64,000 nt of DNA. It comes from Blastocladiella emersonii ATCC 22665 (lineage: Eukaryota > Fungi > Blastocladiomycota). Both the position numbers and the translations under genes were made by a program. The stretch is from contig JANHCV010000006.1 of the NCBI GenBank assembly GCA_025594325.1, positions 992,001-1,056,000 on the forward strand. Reading direction: 5' to 3'. Shown piece by piece: positions 11,420 to 23,306 of this stretch. Position 1 is the first letter of the stretch. The number at the start of each line of letters is the position of its first letter. Under the pieces are notes generated by a model that saw only the letters and a program-made list of their open reading frames with translations, was not told where the DNA came from and made no database searches.

Positions 11420-14400
11420 ATGGCCTCGCGCGAGGGTGGCGCCGCTGATGCTCCGTCCTCCTCTTTCCCGTCCCGCGCCGCTGGCCACGGCCGCGATGGC
11501 TCGCCGCCGCCGCCCGTGCGCGCGGGTCTCATCTCGCTCGTCGAGTTCCTGGCCACGAGCCCGCCGCACTTGCACGCGCACACGCACGCCGGCCTGAGCG
11601 GTCCCGAGCGATCGCGGTCGACGCCGCCCAACCTCGGCCGCGTCCCGTCGCCGCCGCCGCTCGAGCCGTACCGTGGTGCGGGCGGTCATGGCCCCGCGGC
11701 GGTCCCGCACCCGGTGATGCTGGCGCCGACCCCGCCGCCGTCGCAGTCGCCCGCCAAGGCCAAGCGGTCGTCGACCATGGGGTCGCGCAGCAGCAGCTTC
11801 ATGGCGCCGTGGTCCGGGTCGCGCGCCCGCAGCGCCGACGCGCCCATCAACCCGAAGCGGATCTCGGCGCCGCTGCAGGGGTCCGTGGTCCACGTCGCGA
11901 CGGGCGCCGCGCTTCATGGCGGCGGCGGGAAGCCGCGCGGGGCGTCGTTCATGGGGATCCCGGAGCTGTCGCCCGCCGCGCTCTCGTCCGATCCGGCCTA
12001 CTTTCCATCGCATCTGCCAACGCGCGGCAGCGGTGGTGGTGCAGGAGGAAGCGGCGGCGGCGGTGATGGCGACGAGCAGCTGCTGCCCCCCGTTGGCGAC
12101 ATCACAACCGCGGGCTCCGCCACCAGCGCCACCGCTCCGCGGAGCGTGCACCACGCCGCCGCCGTGTCGGCGCTCTCGTCCCGCGCCTCGTCGCACGCCG
12201 GCAGCCCGCCGCCGCCGCCCGAGGTCCTCTCTCCCCCCTCGACCCCGCCGCTGCCGCCGATCCCGTCCGCCCCGCCGGTCCCGCTCCCGCTCCCGCGCTT
12301 CCTCCGCCGCCGCTCGTCCGCCACGCCGTCGTCGGTCGGCGACACGCACCGCGCCACCTCCATGTACAGCCTCTCGTCCAACAACCAGGGTGGTGGCGGC
12401 CACGGCGCGCACTCGCTCACCATCTCGGCGCCGCTCGGCGTTGTCGCCTCGTCCAACCCGGACGTGATCCCGCTCACGCCGTCGAGCGCCACCTTTGCCG
12501 CCGCGTCGGCGTCGTACTCGGGCCGTCACCTCTCGCGGTCCGCGCCCGGCACCCCGCACACCCACCTCGCTGCGCTCGTCGAGGGCGGCCAGCACGATGA
12601 GCTGCACGCATACTACCTGCGCCAGCAGCAGCAGCAGTCCCGCCGTGATGCGGATGAGGTCGCCGACATTGATCTCGTCGCGACCCCCTGGACGCCCGAG
12701 CCCGACACGCCCGGCACGCCGTGGACGCCCACCTCGGCTACATCCACCGCCGCTGCCGCTGCCGCTGCCGCTGCCGCCAAGAAGAAGCGCGGCGGCAAGT
12801 TTTCGCTCAAGAAGCTCCTCGGCGGCTCCTCCTCGTCCTCCTCGGACCCGCCGCCGCTGAGCCGCGACCAGATCCGCGCCATGACCATCTCGCCGCCGAC
12901 GCTCGTTGCGACCTCGGCGACGCACCACCTGGGCAATGCGCCGCCGCGCACCCCGCTGTCGGCGGTCCCGAACGGCAGCCTCGCGCGCCGCCGGTCGCAG
13001 TCGCAGCCGCACCCGCCGCGGCCCAGCGACCTGATCGCGCCCGCTGCCGAGGATTCCCTCGAAGCCGATGACGATACCAGCGACCACTTTGCCCTCCCCG
13101 CGGGCGCGCCGCCCGTCCCGTCGCTCCGCCCGTCGACGAGCGACAGCCTCGGCCGCGTGTCGACGACGAGCTCGTCCAAGGGCGGCGGCGGGATGCTCAA
13201 CACGTCGGGCGCCTCGTCGCCGACGCGGTCGCGCGCGCAGAGCTTGCCGTCGGGGTCCAAGCTCGCGTCGTCGGCGCCGACGAGCGGGCCCGGCGCGCTC
13301 ACGTACATGCCGGGCATCGGCGGCGCGCTGCACGCGGCCTCGTCGTCTTCGCGCAGCAAGTCGCCCGCGCTGTCACGCAGCCGCAAGAGCAGCGACGCGG
13401 CGACCCCGAAATTCTGTCTCGACGCCGAGCACGGCGACGGCGGGGACGGCGAGGACGATGCGTGGCTGCCGCCCGACCACGTCACGAAACGCTTCTCGCT
13501 GACGCCCGCCATCGCGTCGCACGCCGCGCCCGTCGTCATCACGGCCGAGCCGCCGACGCCCTCGCTCCCCGCGTGGGCCACCACGCCGTCGTCGGCGCCG
13601 TCCGGCAGCCTGTCGGCGCTCATGGCCGCGTCGCTGACGTCGACGACGGACCTCGCCGCCGCGCTCGCCGACGGCCCGCCGTCCGCCGCCCCGCCGAGCC
13701 GCGGCCGTCCCGAGAGCACCATGTCCGCGTGGTCGTACACGGGCGGCGCGCGCACCACGTCGTCGGTGCGGTCGCGCACGCGGTCGCCGTCCCCGGTTGG
13801 CGACATTCTCTTGGCGGCGGCCCCCGCGCCGCCCAAGGGCCCCGACGCTGACCTGTTCCGGCTCGAGTCGCTCATGTCGGCGACCGTGTCGACCGAGAAG
13901 AAGGTGCTGCGGTCGCTGCGCAAGCAGAGTCTCCCCGACGGCGGCGACGAGTCCGACAACGAGGCGTCGCTGCTCGGGCTCACGGCCATCTCGTCCGAGA
14001 TCGCCATGAACGACGAGGCCATGCGCCGCCACGAGGAACTCCTGCGCCGCCAGGCAAAGGTGAGCCAGTTCGAGGCGCTGCTCCAGCAGGGCGGCACGCT
14101 GGCGAAAACGCCGACCCCGCCGCCGCCCGTCCCCGCGTCGCGCTCCGCCGACCGGTTCCCCGGCGCCACGCTCGAGGGCGACCTCGCCGCGACCGCGGCG
14201 CTGCGCCGCCAGCAGCTGGCCAAGTTCCCGATGCCGCGCGACGCCGACGGTTCTGCGGGAATGGGCGAGTCGATAACCGTGACCCCGCCGCCGTCCCCGC
14301 CGCAGCCCGCGTTCCGCGACTTTGACGAGGCCGTCCTGCAGGCGGCGGCGCACGGCGAGTCGCCGCACGCGGCCGCCACGCGCGCGCTCAAGCACCACCC

Positions 14401-15022
14401 GTCGCTGGCGTCCCTGTTCGCGCCGCTCGCGTGGTCGCCGCACGGGTCGCCGCACGCGTCGCGCTCTGGGTCGCCCGCGCAGCCGGATCCCGTCACGGTG
14501 ATCGAGGTGGTGCGCGAGGCCGCCAAGTCGGAGGACCCTGCAACGCCGCCCGGCCAGGTGCCGGGCATCTGGTCGCGCAAGGGCCGCCGGCAGGCGCTCC
14601 GCGCGCTGCGGTCGCTGCTGGTCGCGCCGACGAGCGATGACGCGCGCCGCGAGCTCGTGCGCGCTGCGCGCGATCTGCTGGTCGGGAGCGGGCTGCACCC
14701 GCACCCCGAGGCCGTCGAGATCGTCCATCTCCCGACGCCCTCGGCGCCCGTTGTTGGCGGGTCGTTGGGCGACGACGCCATGGATCTCATCAACATGTAC
14801 GCCGACGAGGTGCCCACGGAGCCGATCGCCGGGGCGACGTCGAAGCGCGGGGTCTTGGGCCGCGCGTTCGCGGCGGGGAGCGCCAGTGAGGGGATCGCTG
14901 GTGGCGCAAAGGTCGATAGCGTCGTCGAGGGCGACCCCGAGCTGTGCGCGCTCCTCGAGCAGATCGACTCGCTCGTCCTCGATCTCGGCGGCGCCGGCGA
15001 CGAGTCGCCCTCGATGCCGTGA
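11420..15022 (+). CDS. Intronless 1200-aa Ser/Pro/Ala-rich hypothetical protein with a short coiled-coil-like segment
   Basis: Long ORF with genome-typical codon usage, accATG start and AT-richer 3' flank. Three IS(A/P)P motifs. No recognised globular domain. Confidence 0.8.
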   Translation: MASREGGAADAPSSSFPSRAAGHGRDGSPPPPVRAGLISLVEFLATSPPHLHAHTHAGLSGPERSRSTPPNLGRVPSPPPLEPYRGAGGHGPAAVPHPVMLAPTPPPSQSPAKAKRSSTMGSRSSSFMAPWSGSRARSADAPINPKRISAPLQGSVVHVATGAALHGGGGKPRGASFMGIPELSPAALSSDPAYFPSHLPTRGSGGGAGGSGGGGDGDEQLLPPVGDITTAGSATSATAPRSVHHAAAVSALSSRASSHAGSPPPPPEVLSPPSTPPLPPIPSAPPVPLPLPRFLRRRSSATPSSVGDTHRATSMYSLSSNNQGGGGHGAHSLTISAPLGVVASSNPDVIPLTPSSATFAAASASYSGRHLSRSAPGTPHTHLAALVEGGQHDELHAYYLRQQQQQSRRDADEVADIDLVATPWTPEPDTPGTPWTPTSATSTAAAAAAAAAAKKKRGGKFSLKKLLGGSSSSSSDPPPLSRDQIRAMTISPPTLVATSATHHLGNAPPRTPLSAVPNGSLARRRSQSQPHPPRPSDLIAPAAEDSLEADDDTSDHFALPAGAPPVPSLRPSTSDSLGRVSTTSSSKGGGGMLNTSGASSPTRSRAQSLPSGSKLASSAPTSGPGALTYMPGIGGALHAASSSSRSKSPALSRSRKSSDAATPKFCLDAEHGDGGDGEDDAWLPPDHVTKRFSLTPAIASHAAPVVITAEPPTPSLPAWATTPSSAPSGSLSALMAASLTSTTDLAAALADGPPSAAPPSRGRPESTMSAWSYTGGARTTSSVRSRTRSPSPVGDILLAAAPAPPKGPDADLFRLESLMSATVSTEKKVLRSLRKQSLPDGGDESDNEASLLGLTAISSEIAMNDEAMRRHEELLRRQAKVSQFEALLQQGGTLAKTPTPPPPVPASRSADRFPGATLEGDLAATAALRRQQLAKFPMPRDADGSAGMGESITVTPPPSPPQPAFRDFDEAVLQAAAHGESPHAAATRALKHHPSLASLFAPLAWSPHGSPHASRSGSPAQPDPVTVIEVVREAAKSEDPATPPGQVPGIWSRKGRRQALRALRSLLVAPTSDDARRELVRAARDLLVGSGLHPHPEAVEIVHLPTPSAPVVGGSLGDDAMDLINMYADEVPTEPIAGATSKRGVLGRAFAAGSASEGIAGGAKVDSVVEGDPELCALLEQIDSLVLDLGGAGDESPSMP

Positions 15023-15358
15023 TGATGCAGTGTGACTGTGTGCTCTTTTTGACTCCCTACTACAACTCAATAGACATGATGTGCCCCCGCTGACGAAGTC
15101 GACGCGTGAGAAGGTCGCTGGTGGCGCAGCGCGCGAGGAACGCCGCGATCCCGCGTGTCGGGTCTGCGGCCGGGCCGATGGCCGAACCGTCGGATGCGAG
15201 CAGATCATGAGCGCCGAGAGGTCCCCAACGCCGATGCTCGGCATCGTGACGTGCGGTCGAGAGGCCTACGGAGTCGCGCGGTGGTGCATGGCCACCGCGA
15301 ACTCGCCGTCAATCGTCTCTCCTCCCTCACCACACCCCCAACCTGCAACGTTAAACTC

Positions 15359-16399
15359 ATGTCAACCACCGCCGCGACCGCTGCCGCTAGGACCACCGCC
15401 GACTTCGTCGTCCTCAAGGACGTGCCGTACACGGCGTCGGCCGACGACCGCCACCGCGTCGACCTGTACCTCCCCGGCGGGGGTGCGCGCGGGCGCTCGC
15501 TCATCGTACGCCGTCACCCGCAAAGCCGGTCCCGAGGACGAGACTGACGCGCTGCTGATCCTCGCCGTCGCCGCGATCGTCGCGCCGCAGGTCTTCCTCC
15601 ACGGCGGGTACGCCACACTGCTCTGTTGTTTCCGCCACCGCCACGACTGCAGCAGCAGCAAACCTAACCGTCACCGTGCGTGTACCGTAGCGCGTGGCGC
15701 TCCAACAACCGCGCCATGTTCGAGTCGCTGGCGCGCTCGCTCGCGGCGGCGTCGGGCCACGCCGTCGCGGTCCCGGGGTACCGCCTGTCGCTGCCCGCCG
15801 AGTCGGCGACGCGCCCGATGCACCCGGCGCACCAGGAAGACATCGAGCACGCGCTCGCGTTCCTGGCAGCGACCGCGCCCGTGTATGGGTGGTCGTCGGC
15901 GCAGGTGCTGGTCGGGCACAGCGCGGGCGCGCACCTCGCGCTGCTCGCGCTGCTGCACCCTCGCGTGCTGCCGCACACCGTCAAGATCGCGGGCGTCGTC
16001 GGCGTCGACGGAATCTACGACCTGACCGACCTCGTCGCCGAGTACCCGGACTACGCCGGGTTCGTCGCGCAGGCGTTTGGCCCCGCGCCGTACGGCCTCG
16101 ACACGGACACCGTCGCGCAGTCCCGCGACGCGGCGCGCGTGCGTGCGGCGTACGAGGTGGCCGGGTGCCGCCGCGTCCTCGTCGTCCACTCGCGCGACGA
16201 CGAGCTGCTCACTCTCCGCCAGTCGGACCGCGTGCTCGACGCGCTGCGCGAGGGGGTCAAGGCGGCGGGCGTTCCCGTGCACGTCAGTGTCGACTATGAC
16301 GCGGTCAAGGGCAAGCACGACGACCTGCTCAACACGGACGCGTTTGTTCAGCGTGTCGCGCGGTTCGCGGCCGAGCTCGAGGCGGAGATCAAGGAGTAG
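15359..16399 (+). CDS. Alpha/beta hydrolase, kynurenine formamidase (AFMID/Bna7)-like, 3 exons (15359-15505, 15591-15607, 15691-16399)
   Basis: Spliced motifs DVPY...VDLYLP...VFLHGGAWR, GYRLS, nucleophile GHSAGAHL, GVDGIYDL, VVHSRDDEL, and GKHD near the C-terminus. Introns 15506-15590 and 15608-15690. Confidence 0.85.
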
Positions 16400-16490
16400 A
16401 AGGGAGAGATCTATGTTCGTGTATTGTGTACTCTATGAAGTGCAGCAGCTCGCACGGCTGCAGTTTTGTCTATCGCTCTCCCAATCGCCA

Positions 16491-18404
16491 TCACCGCCGG
16501 CCGGGCGCGTACATGGCCCCGCCGAGCGCCGCGTACCCGGCCCACCCGCTTGGCGCCGCGAGCGGAACCCCCGCCGCTGACGACCCTGGCGTCGGCTCGG
16601 CCGTGGGCGGCGGGTACGGCCGGTTGGACCGCGGCAGCGGCGAAAGCGGCGGCCGCGTCTCCTCAACGTACGGCGGTGGCGGAGAAGGCGGGATCGGCGC
16701 GCACCCGCATGTACACGCCCCGTGTGCCCGCGATGGAGGCGGCGGGAGCGGGCTCGGGTACGGCTGTGCGCGGGGCGGCGACCGGCGCGTTGAGGGAGCG
16801 CGCAGGTGTCCGCTGTGGCCGTGGTGCATCGGATGCGGTTGCAAGAGCGGGAGCGGTGGGAGCTGCTGCTGGTGCGGGTGTGGGTGGTGCTGGTCGGCGA
16901 GGTACTGCGGCGGGGCGGGCGGCGGCGAGTAGCGCAGCGGCGCGAGCGTGATCGGGGCGGCGGGAGCAGTATGGTGGTGGGGCAGTGCGGGAGCAGCGTG
17001 CACGGTGCTGGACGGCGTGAAGGTGGTCGTCGCCGGCGACGGGTACGAGTGGGATGCAGCATGCTGCTCGTGGTGCGGAGCGAGAGCCGCGTGGTGATGG
17101 TAGGCGTGATGGCTGATGTGGCCCGAGGCGCCCGTTGGCTGGATCCACTCCTGCGCCGACGGCGGCGAGTGCGACAGGTGCATGCCCACCATGGCGCTCG
17201 GCGAGAGTGCAGGAACAGCTGGCACCGGCGGAGCGAGGGAGGCGTGCATCGACTGCGGCGACGCCAACTCATACACGCTGCTCCCGCCGAGCGACGACGC
17301 GGGCGATCCCGAGTGGTGATGCTGCACGCCGCCGTGCGATCCCGAGTGATGGTGCTGCACGCCGCCGTGCGCCTGCACCGCCGCGGGAACCGGCGGCTCG
17401 CCAAACACGCCGGTCGGGATCGACTCGGCGGTGCACCCGCGCGAGGCAAGCTCCGGGTCGGTGGTCGGCGAGGCGAGCGGAACCGCCGAATCGGCCGAGG
17501 TCGCGTCCTCGTTGGTGTACGTGACGAGGTGGTACACGCCGCCGTCGCGCGTGGTCACGGTGATGGTGCGCTTGTACAGGCCGCCGGGGACCAGGCAGTA
17601 CTCGCCGCGGTGGCCGCGCTTGATGGCGAGCTGCGCCAGCGGGAAGCGCGACGCGACGGGCGTGGTGTTGACGAGCGCGCTGTCGTCTTCGCCGCGAGCG
17701 AGAGCGGCGAGACGCGAGGCGAGCGCCGGGAGCTCGTCGCGCGGGATGCACTCGCGGTAGACGAGGAAGGCGCCCTGTGCGCGCGACGGCGACCAGGCTA
17801 CATGAACGACGCGTCGGCGTGGCTTGGGTCAGCAAACGGTGATCCTCGCCGTGATCGCATGCGTGCGCAAGTTTCGCCTCGCCCTCGACGAACATCACCG
17901 CAGTGTTTGCAAGCAAGAAAGGCAGCGCAAGCGCGAGGTCGACGAGAGAAAATGTTGCCATCCAGGGATGCGACGAGGCGAGCCCAATCTTGTCGCTCCC
18001 CGGTTTCAGCGAGCACCGCGGGTCGGCCGTCACAAGAACAGCGAAGACCGACGCGAGACATCAAGAGCGGACCCGGGGAGGCGACGAGGGCGAGAGACGT
18101 GAAACAAGTGCGGCTATTCGCGCAACAAGAGCGGAACACGTACTGCGGCCGTCGGTCCAACGCTTGAGGCCAGCTTCGCCGTCGAGATACACGAACGTCG
18201 AGCCGGAACGGATCCCGGCACGGTGCTTGTCGGTCGGGCGCCGCTTGACACGCGGCAGGATACCGCGGCGCGTGGCCTCGATGACGAGGTGCACGTCGAT
18301 GAGCGAGTCGACGGACCCGTGGTACTATAGTTGGGCGATCGAGCGAGTCAGCAGCGGCGACAAGGGTCGATTACAGGCAGAGTGAGCGAGCGTACGGTCT
18401 CCAT
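16491..18404 (-). CDS. WOPR-family (Gti1/Pac2, Wor1/Ryp1/Mit1-like) transcription factor, ~498 aa, 3 exons (18404-18396, 18324-18144, 17797-16491)
   Basis: Spliced MET|YHGSVDSLIDVHLVIEATRRGILPRVKRRP...IRSGSTFVY...GLKRWTDGR|TWSPSRAQGAFLVYRE, then GGLYKRTITV...YHLVTY, followed by a His/Pro-rich activation-like tail. Confidence 0.92.
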
Positions 18405-20859
18405 GGTGCCGCGGATGGCCGAGACGCCGCCGAGCGGAGAGGTCATGGTTGATCGAGGTGAGGGAGGAGGGACGACGGCGGGCGGGCGAGCAGGTTCAAA
18501 TAGGCGCAAGGGTTTGGGCGAGAGCAGGGAGCAGGGAGCAGGGGGACGCCGAAGTTGGGGGCCACCGCCCTTGTGCCGTCCACCCAAGGTTCCCACTGCT
18601 CAGCGCGCACGGTGGTCGTGGTGGTGATGGTGATGGCCGCGGGCAACGGCCGGGTGCGTGCGGCCACGTCGTTGCAAAATTTGGCCATGGGCATGTGGCG
18701 GCGGCGACGGGGGCGCGCGATGACGGAAGCAGCGTGCATGTGCAACGCGAGGCACGCCAAATTAGGTGCGGCCGGTGGGCGGGCGCCCGCGGCTACGGGC
18801 CGGGCATCACGGTGGCCATCAAGATGGTGACGGCGGGGTTTCGCGTGCCGCGCGGGGGAGACATCACGAGGCACGAAGTTCAAGTCGGTGACGGACCGAG
18901 TCTGACGTGGCACGCTCGCAACGTGGTCGGGTGAGCGAGCGAGCGAGCCTGCTGCGGAAGTGCGTCAGAGTCACGGCGGCGGCGGCGGCGCCCAGGGAGT
19001 CGCCCGAGTCGGCGCAGCTCGCGGTGCTCAGGGCTGCGGGGGTGGGGGCCTTACAAGTGAGACGTTCCGCCGGCTTCGAAGTGATCCGGTCCGGTCAGGA
19101 TAAATGTGCCTTGATCCTCAACGTGGTGCGACTCAAGCGGACATGAGCGATCGCCAAGAGGGGTGGTGGCCGGGCAAGGGAGAGCAGGGTCAGACGAAGG
19201 GCGGGATGTGGGCGTCTCCGTGGGCGATGACAACAACATGGGTGAGCGCGCGCGTGCACGTCGACGTTCACGAGCGTGGCGAATTTTTCCATTCGGAGAG
19301 CCACCACGGTGGCCGGGCGCCAGCGCGCCAGCGTGCCAGCGTGTTCTTGTCGCCCACCCGCGAGCGCGGCACGAGTGTGTCGTGGCGGCTCCCGTGCGGG
19401 AGCGTGAGACGTCGAGGCGGCACACGCGTCATAACGTCGAGCGTGAGACGCCAAGGCGCGCGCGTCAAAGGAGAGAGTGATCGGAACTTGTTACGTGATC
19501 GGGACGGGTGCGTGCGCGGACGCGCGCGTGGCGCGAGACACGTTTTTGTTGCTGGTCTGGTTCCGCGGGGGGCCGAGGAGGGAGGCATGAGAGTGCCGGT
19601 TGCAGTCTGGGAGCGCGGTGTGGCGAGGTGGAGGGCAAAGTGACGGCGGGAGGCGTGTTGTGCAGGCAGTCTGTGCGACGCGTGGCGAAAGGGGCAAAAC
19701 AGAGACGCGACGCGCCAAGGCTGGCGACCCACGTGACGCGCTGTGGCGTGGGCGGCGCGTGTGGGCACGGCGGTCCAGACCGCGCGTGGGCGGGGCGGTC
19801 AAGACCGAGTGGTCGCGGCCCCCTCTCCTGCCCACGGCGGCGCGGCCCCGCCGACGTTCAGACCCGGCGCCTCGATTGCGCGCGATGGGCCGCGGCGGAC
19901 GTTCGGCCGCCGATGCGGTGATGCGGGATCAAAAACAGCCCGGGCCCCCCGCCGCGAGGCAACACGGTTGCGGCCGCCGAACTTGGTGGTGCCGGCCCTC
20001 CTTGCGCGCGGGCGGGCCGGCGGCGGGGGGCGTGCGAGCCTGGCTGGCGATGCCGCCCGCGCTCTCTCTCTCCCGCCTTGGTGCGCTCTCTCTCTCCCGC
20101 CCACGCCCGCCCCCACGCGTGCCTGAGCGCTCTCTCTCCCGCCCAACGCGTTCTTGCGCAACCGCGCCTCGCCGCTGCCCCTCTAGTGCTGGTGCCTGGT
20201 GCGTCCGCCCACACGCGCTCCATCTTCCCATACCGCACGTGTCCGTACCTGCGCGCATGCTCGCGCTGTGCCTCGTCCCGCCCGCGGACTGCCCTGCGCA
20301 GCGTGTGCGATCAGCCCGCGCCGCCGGCCACGCATCCCATCGGCTCGTGTGCGCCGTGGGAGCGGTGGCGGCGCGCTCCCACTGGTGTCGGTCGGTGCTC
20401 GCGGGTGTGCTCGCTGAGGCCAGCCGCTGTGCGCTGCGCTGTGTCCAAGCTGACGGGCGGCCCGTTGTGCTCGCTTGCCCGCTCGCTTGGCTCCTGCCCG
20501 CCGGGTCAAGGTCGTCGCGCGCGCCCGCGGCGGCAGTTGGTGGCAATCCGGGCGGCCGCGATCGGGCCCCGTCGCCTCCCGACCGCCTCGACGCGGCTCG
20601 CCCGCCCCTGTTTCGCTCGCGCCCAGACCCGCGGCTGGGCCTGGGCCTCGCTCGCCCGTACGCCTCGCTCATCATGCCTCGCCCGTCCCGTAGACGCTGC
20701 CGCGACTGCCGCGAGGCCTTCGAATTCGACCCGGTCGCCGGCGACGAAGCTCGCGCGCTCCCACTCCCACACCGCACTCTTCATCGCTTCGCTCCCTCTC
20801 CTCCCCACTGGGCGCTGATCGGCCGCCCCGCCTCGCTCTCCTCTCGAGTACCACCACCC

Positions 20860-23306
20860 ATGGACTCGCCATTTATCACCATGGACCCATCGGCCGCCTC
20901 GCCCTCTGCTGCGGCGCAGCGCCCCGCCCACGGGATGCCTCCGGGACCGGTCCCTGCCGACGCGCAGCGCCACGCGGCGACGCGTCCGCACCACCCGCAT
21001 CACAACGCCCACGCCCACGCCCACGCCCACCTCCCCACCTCATCCTCATCACCCCACCCGTCCTACCACCCCGCCGCGCACGAGCCCTCGCCGCGCCTGC
21101 CGCCCCCGCCGCCCGACCACCTCCGCTCGGGCGCCGCCGCCTACGAGACCCCGCGTCGCGCGCCGCATCACGACGTGTCCGCCGCGGCCGCCGCGCTCGA
21201 CGACGACTACTTTTGCTACAACTACCGCTACGGCGCGCCGCACGACCACCACCGCCGCGCCGCCGGTGCCGCGTCGACGCCCTCGGCGCGTCCGCCGCTG
21301 CCCGACACCTCGGCCGACGCGCACCCCGAACCACTCGAAGCCGCGACGGCTGCCAGCTCGCTCGCTACGCCGTACCCGTCGCACAGCAGCTCGCCGCACT
21401 GCCGCCCCGACGCCGACCGGCCCACGCTTCCCGCGATCGTCTCGCGCCCCGCCTCGGCGGCCCACGCGGCCCCGGCCCGCGACCTCGGCTACGACTACGA
21501 CGGCGCGCACCGCCGCACCGACAACCACCACCACGCGCCCTACGACTACGGCTACGACCACGAGCCCGTCGCCGACCGCGCGCACCGCGACCGGCCCTAC
21601 CCGCCGTCCTCGGCGCGTGCCGACTGGCATCACGCGCCCGATCACCACGACCACCACTACCATTACGACCATCCGTCGTCGTCGCGCGCGCCGCCGCGCC
21701 ACCCGCCCGCCCAGCACTACGGCCCGCCGCCGCCACCCGCGCCCGCCGCGTGGGACCCGCCCGCGCACCGCGACTACGCGTACCCGGCCGCCGCAGAGTA
21801 CCCCGACGTGCCGCCGCTGCCCCCGCCGCGCGCGCTGCCGTCGCAGCACCACCCGCACCACCACACGTACTCGCCGACCGACGCTCACGGCCACGACGCA
21901 CCAGAGTGGTACTCGTCGCACCCGCGTCACGACGGCCCGCCGCGCCCTGCCTACGGCCCCGCTGCGCGGCCGCCGCCGCCGCACCCCGCCGCTTTCAGCT
22001 ACCCCGAGCCCGCGTGGGACAGCTACGACCACTCGCCAACGGCGCCCGCCGCGCCGTACCCGCCGCCACCGCCACCCGGCCGCGGTGCGCCCGCGTTCCA
22101 CTCGCATCACCACGACTACTCGCCCGCCCGACACGACGCGCCGCCTCCGCCGCAGTACGCCGAGTACCCCGAGCAGACGCGCCCGAGCGACGGTGCCGCG
22201 TACTACGACGCCCGGCCGCCGGCAAGACGACCGGGCTCCGCGCAGCAGCGACCGCTCTCCGGCGCTCAACCCGCCCCAGCTGCGCCACCTGTCGCGGCTC
22301 CCGTCGCGCCTGCAGCTGCTCCAGCGGGGGCGGCGGTCTGCGGCGCGCACGAGGACCTCGAGGGCGACGACGCCGAGGACGACGAAGGTAGAGCCGAGGG
22401 TGGGCCCATGGTACGCGAATCTGCCTCGCATGCACCGCACCCGGCTCGCGCTAACCTTGCGTCCATGCCCACGCCCACGTGTAGCGCCGCAACTACTTTG
22501 TATTCGACCGGACCGCGTACGCGCTCATGGTCAAGGCGATCCGGTACCACAACGAGTGTCCGGGCTCGCGGTCGCAGTGCCTGCCCGAGCTCGCCACGGC
22601 GCACACGGTGGTCGGGATCCCGCGCAAGCAGTGGACGCGGCTGCGCAGCCGGCTGCGCGTGCATCCGGACCGGCCCGCGTTCCGCAACCTGTACTGGAGC
22701 GGGTGCGACCGCATCATCGCGCCCGTTGAGGACTGGGCCGACGTGATCCGCGCCGCGCACCTCGTCGAGCGCGTCACGGCCGAGAACGAGACGGCCGTCG
22801 AGCACCGGTCGCTCAAGCAGACCTTCCTCCTCCTGCGCAACCAGTACCAGACGCGCCGCTCCCGGTGCGGGCTCCCGCTCGAGCGCGTCCAGCAGTTCTG
22901 CCGCGCGTGCTCGTGCCACCCGTACGTCGCGGTCGTCGTCGCCGCCGAGGCCGCCGCGGCCAACGCGGCCGCCGTCATGGGCAGCAACGGCGGGTCTGCC
23001 GCGTCTTCGTCGTCGTCGCTGCCGGGCGTGGCCGCGCTCGCCAACGGGCACCATCCTGCGCACCCGAACCCGCACGCGCACTCGCCGCAGTACGGCCCCG
23101 GTCCCGGTCCGAGCTCCGCGTACGCGTACACGTCGCCCATCCAGCACCACCACCAGCAGCCGCAGCACGGCGACTACCACCCGCCACCACCGCCGATGGC
23201 GCACTACGGCCCGCCGCCACCGGGCGCCGGCGGGTACAGCGGGACCAACTCGCCGTCGTCGCACCCGGGTGCGCGCCCGACGCCGCACCTGGTGCGACGC
23301 AGATAG
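20860..23306 (+). CDS. Disordered Pro/His/Tyr-rich protein with an extended integrase-type H2C2 zinc module (NOL4/Ginger-like), paralogue A, ~790 aa, 2 exons
   Basis: ATG at 20860 (cccATG). Intron 22411-22484 is in phase. Domain reads YFVFDRTAYALMV...GIPRKQWTRL...RNLYW...APVEDWADVIRAAH...HRSLKQTFLLLRNQYQTRRSRCGLPLERVQQFCRACSC. Confidence 0.75.

Noticed and set aside
19600-20859. N-terminal 420 aa of the 1048-aa track ORF
   Set aside because: Arg-rich, non-typical codon usage, and contains pyrimidine-rich 5'-leader-like tracts. The ATG at 20860 has a better context and starts the biased region.
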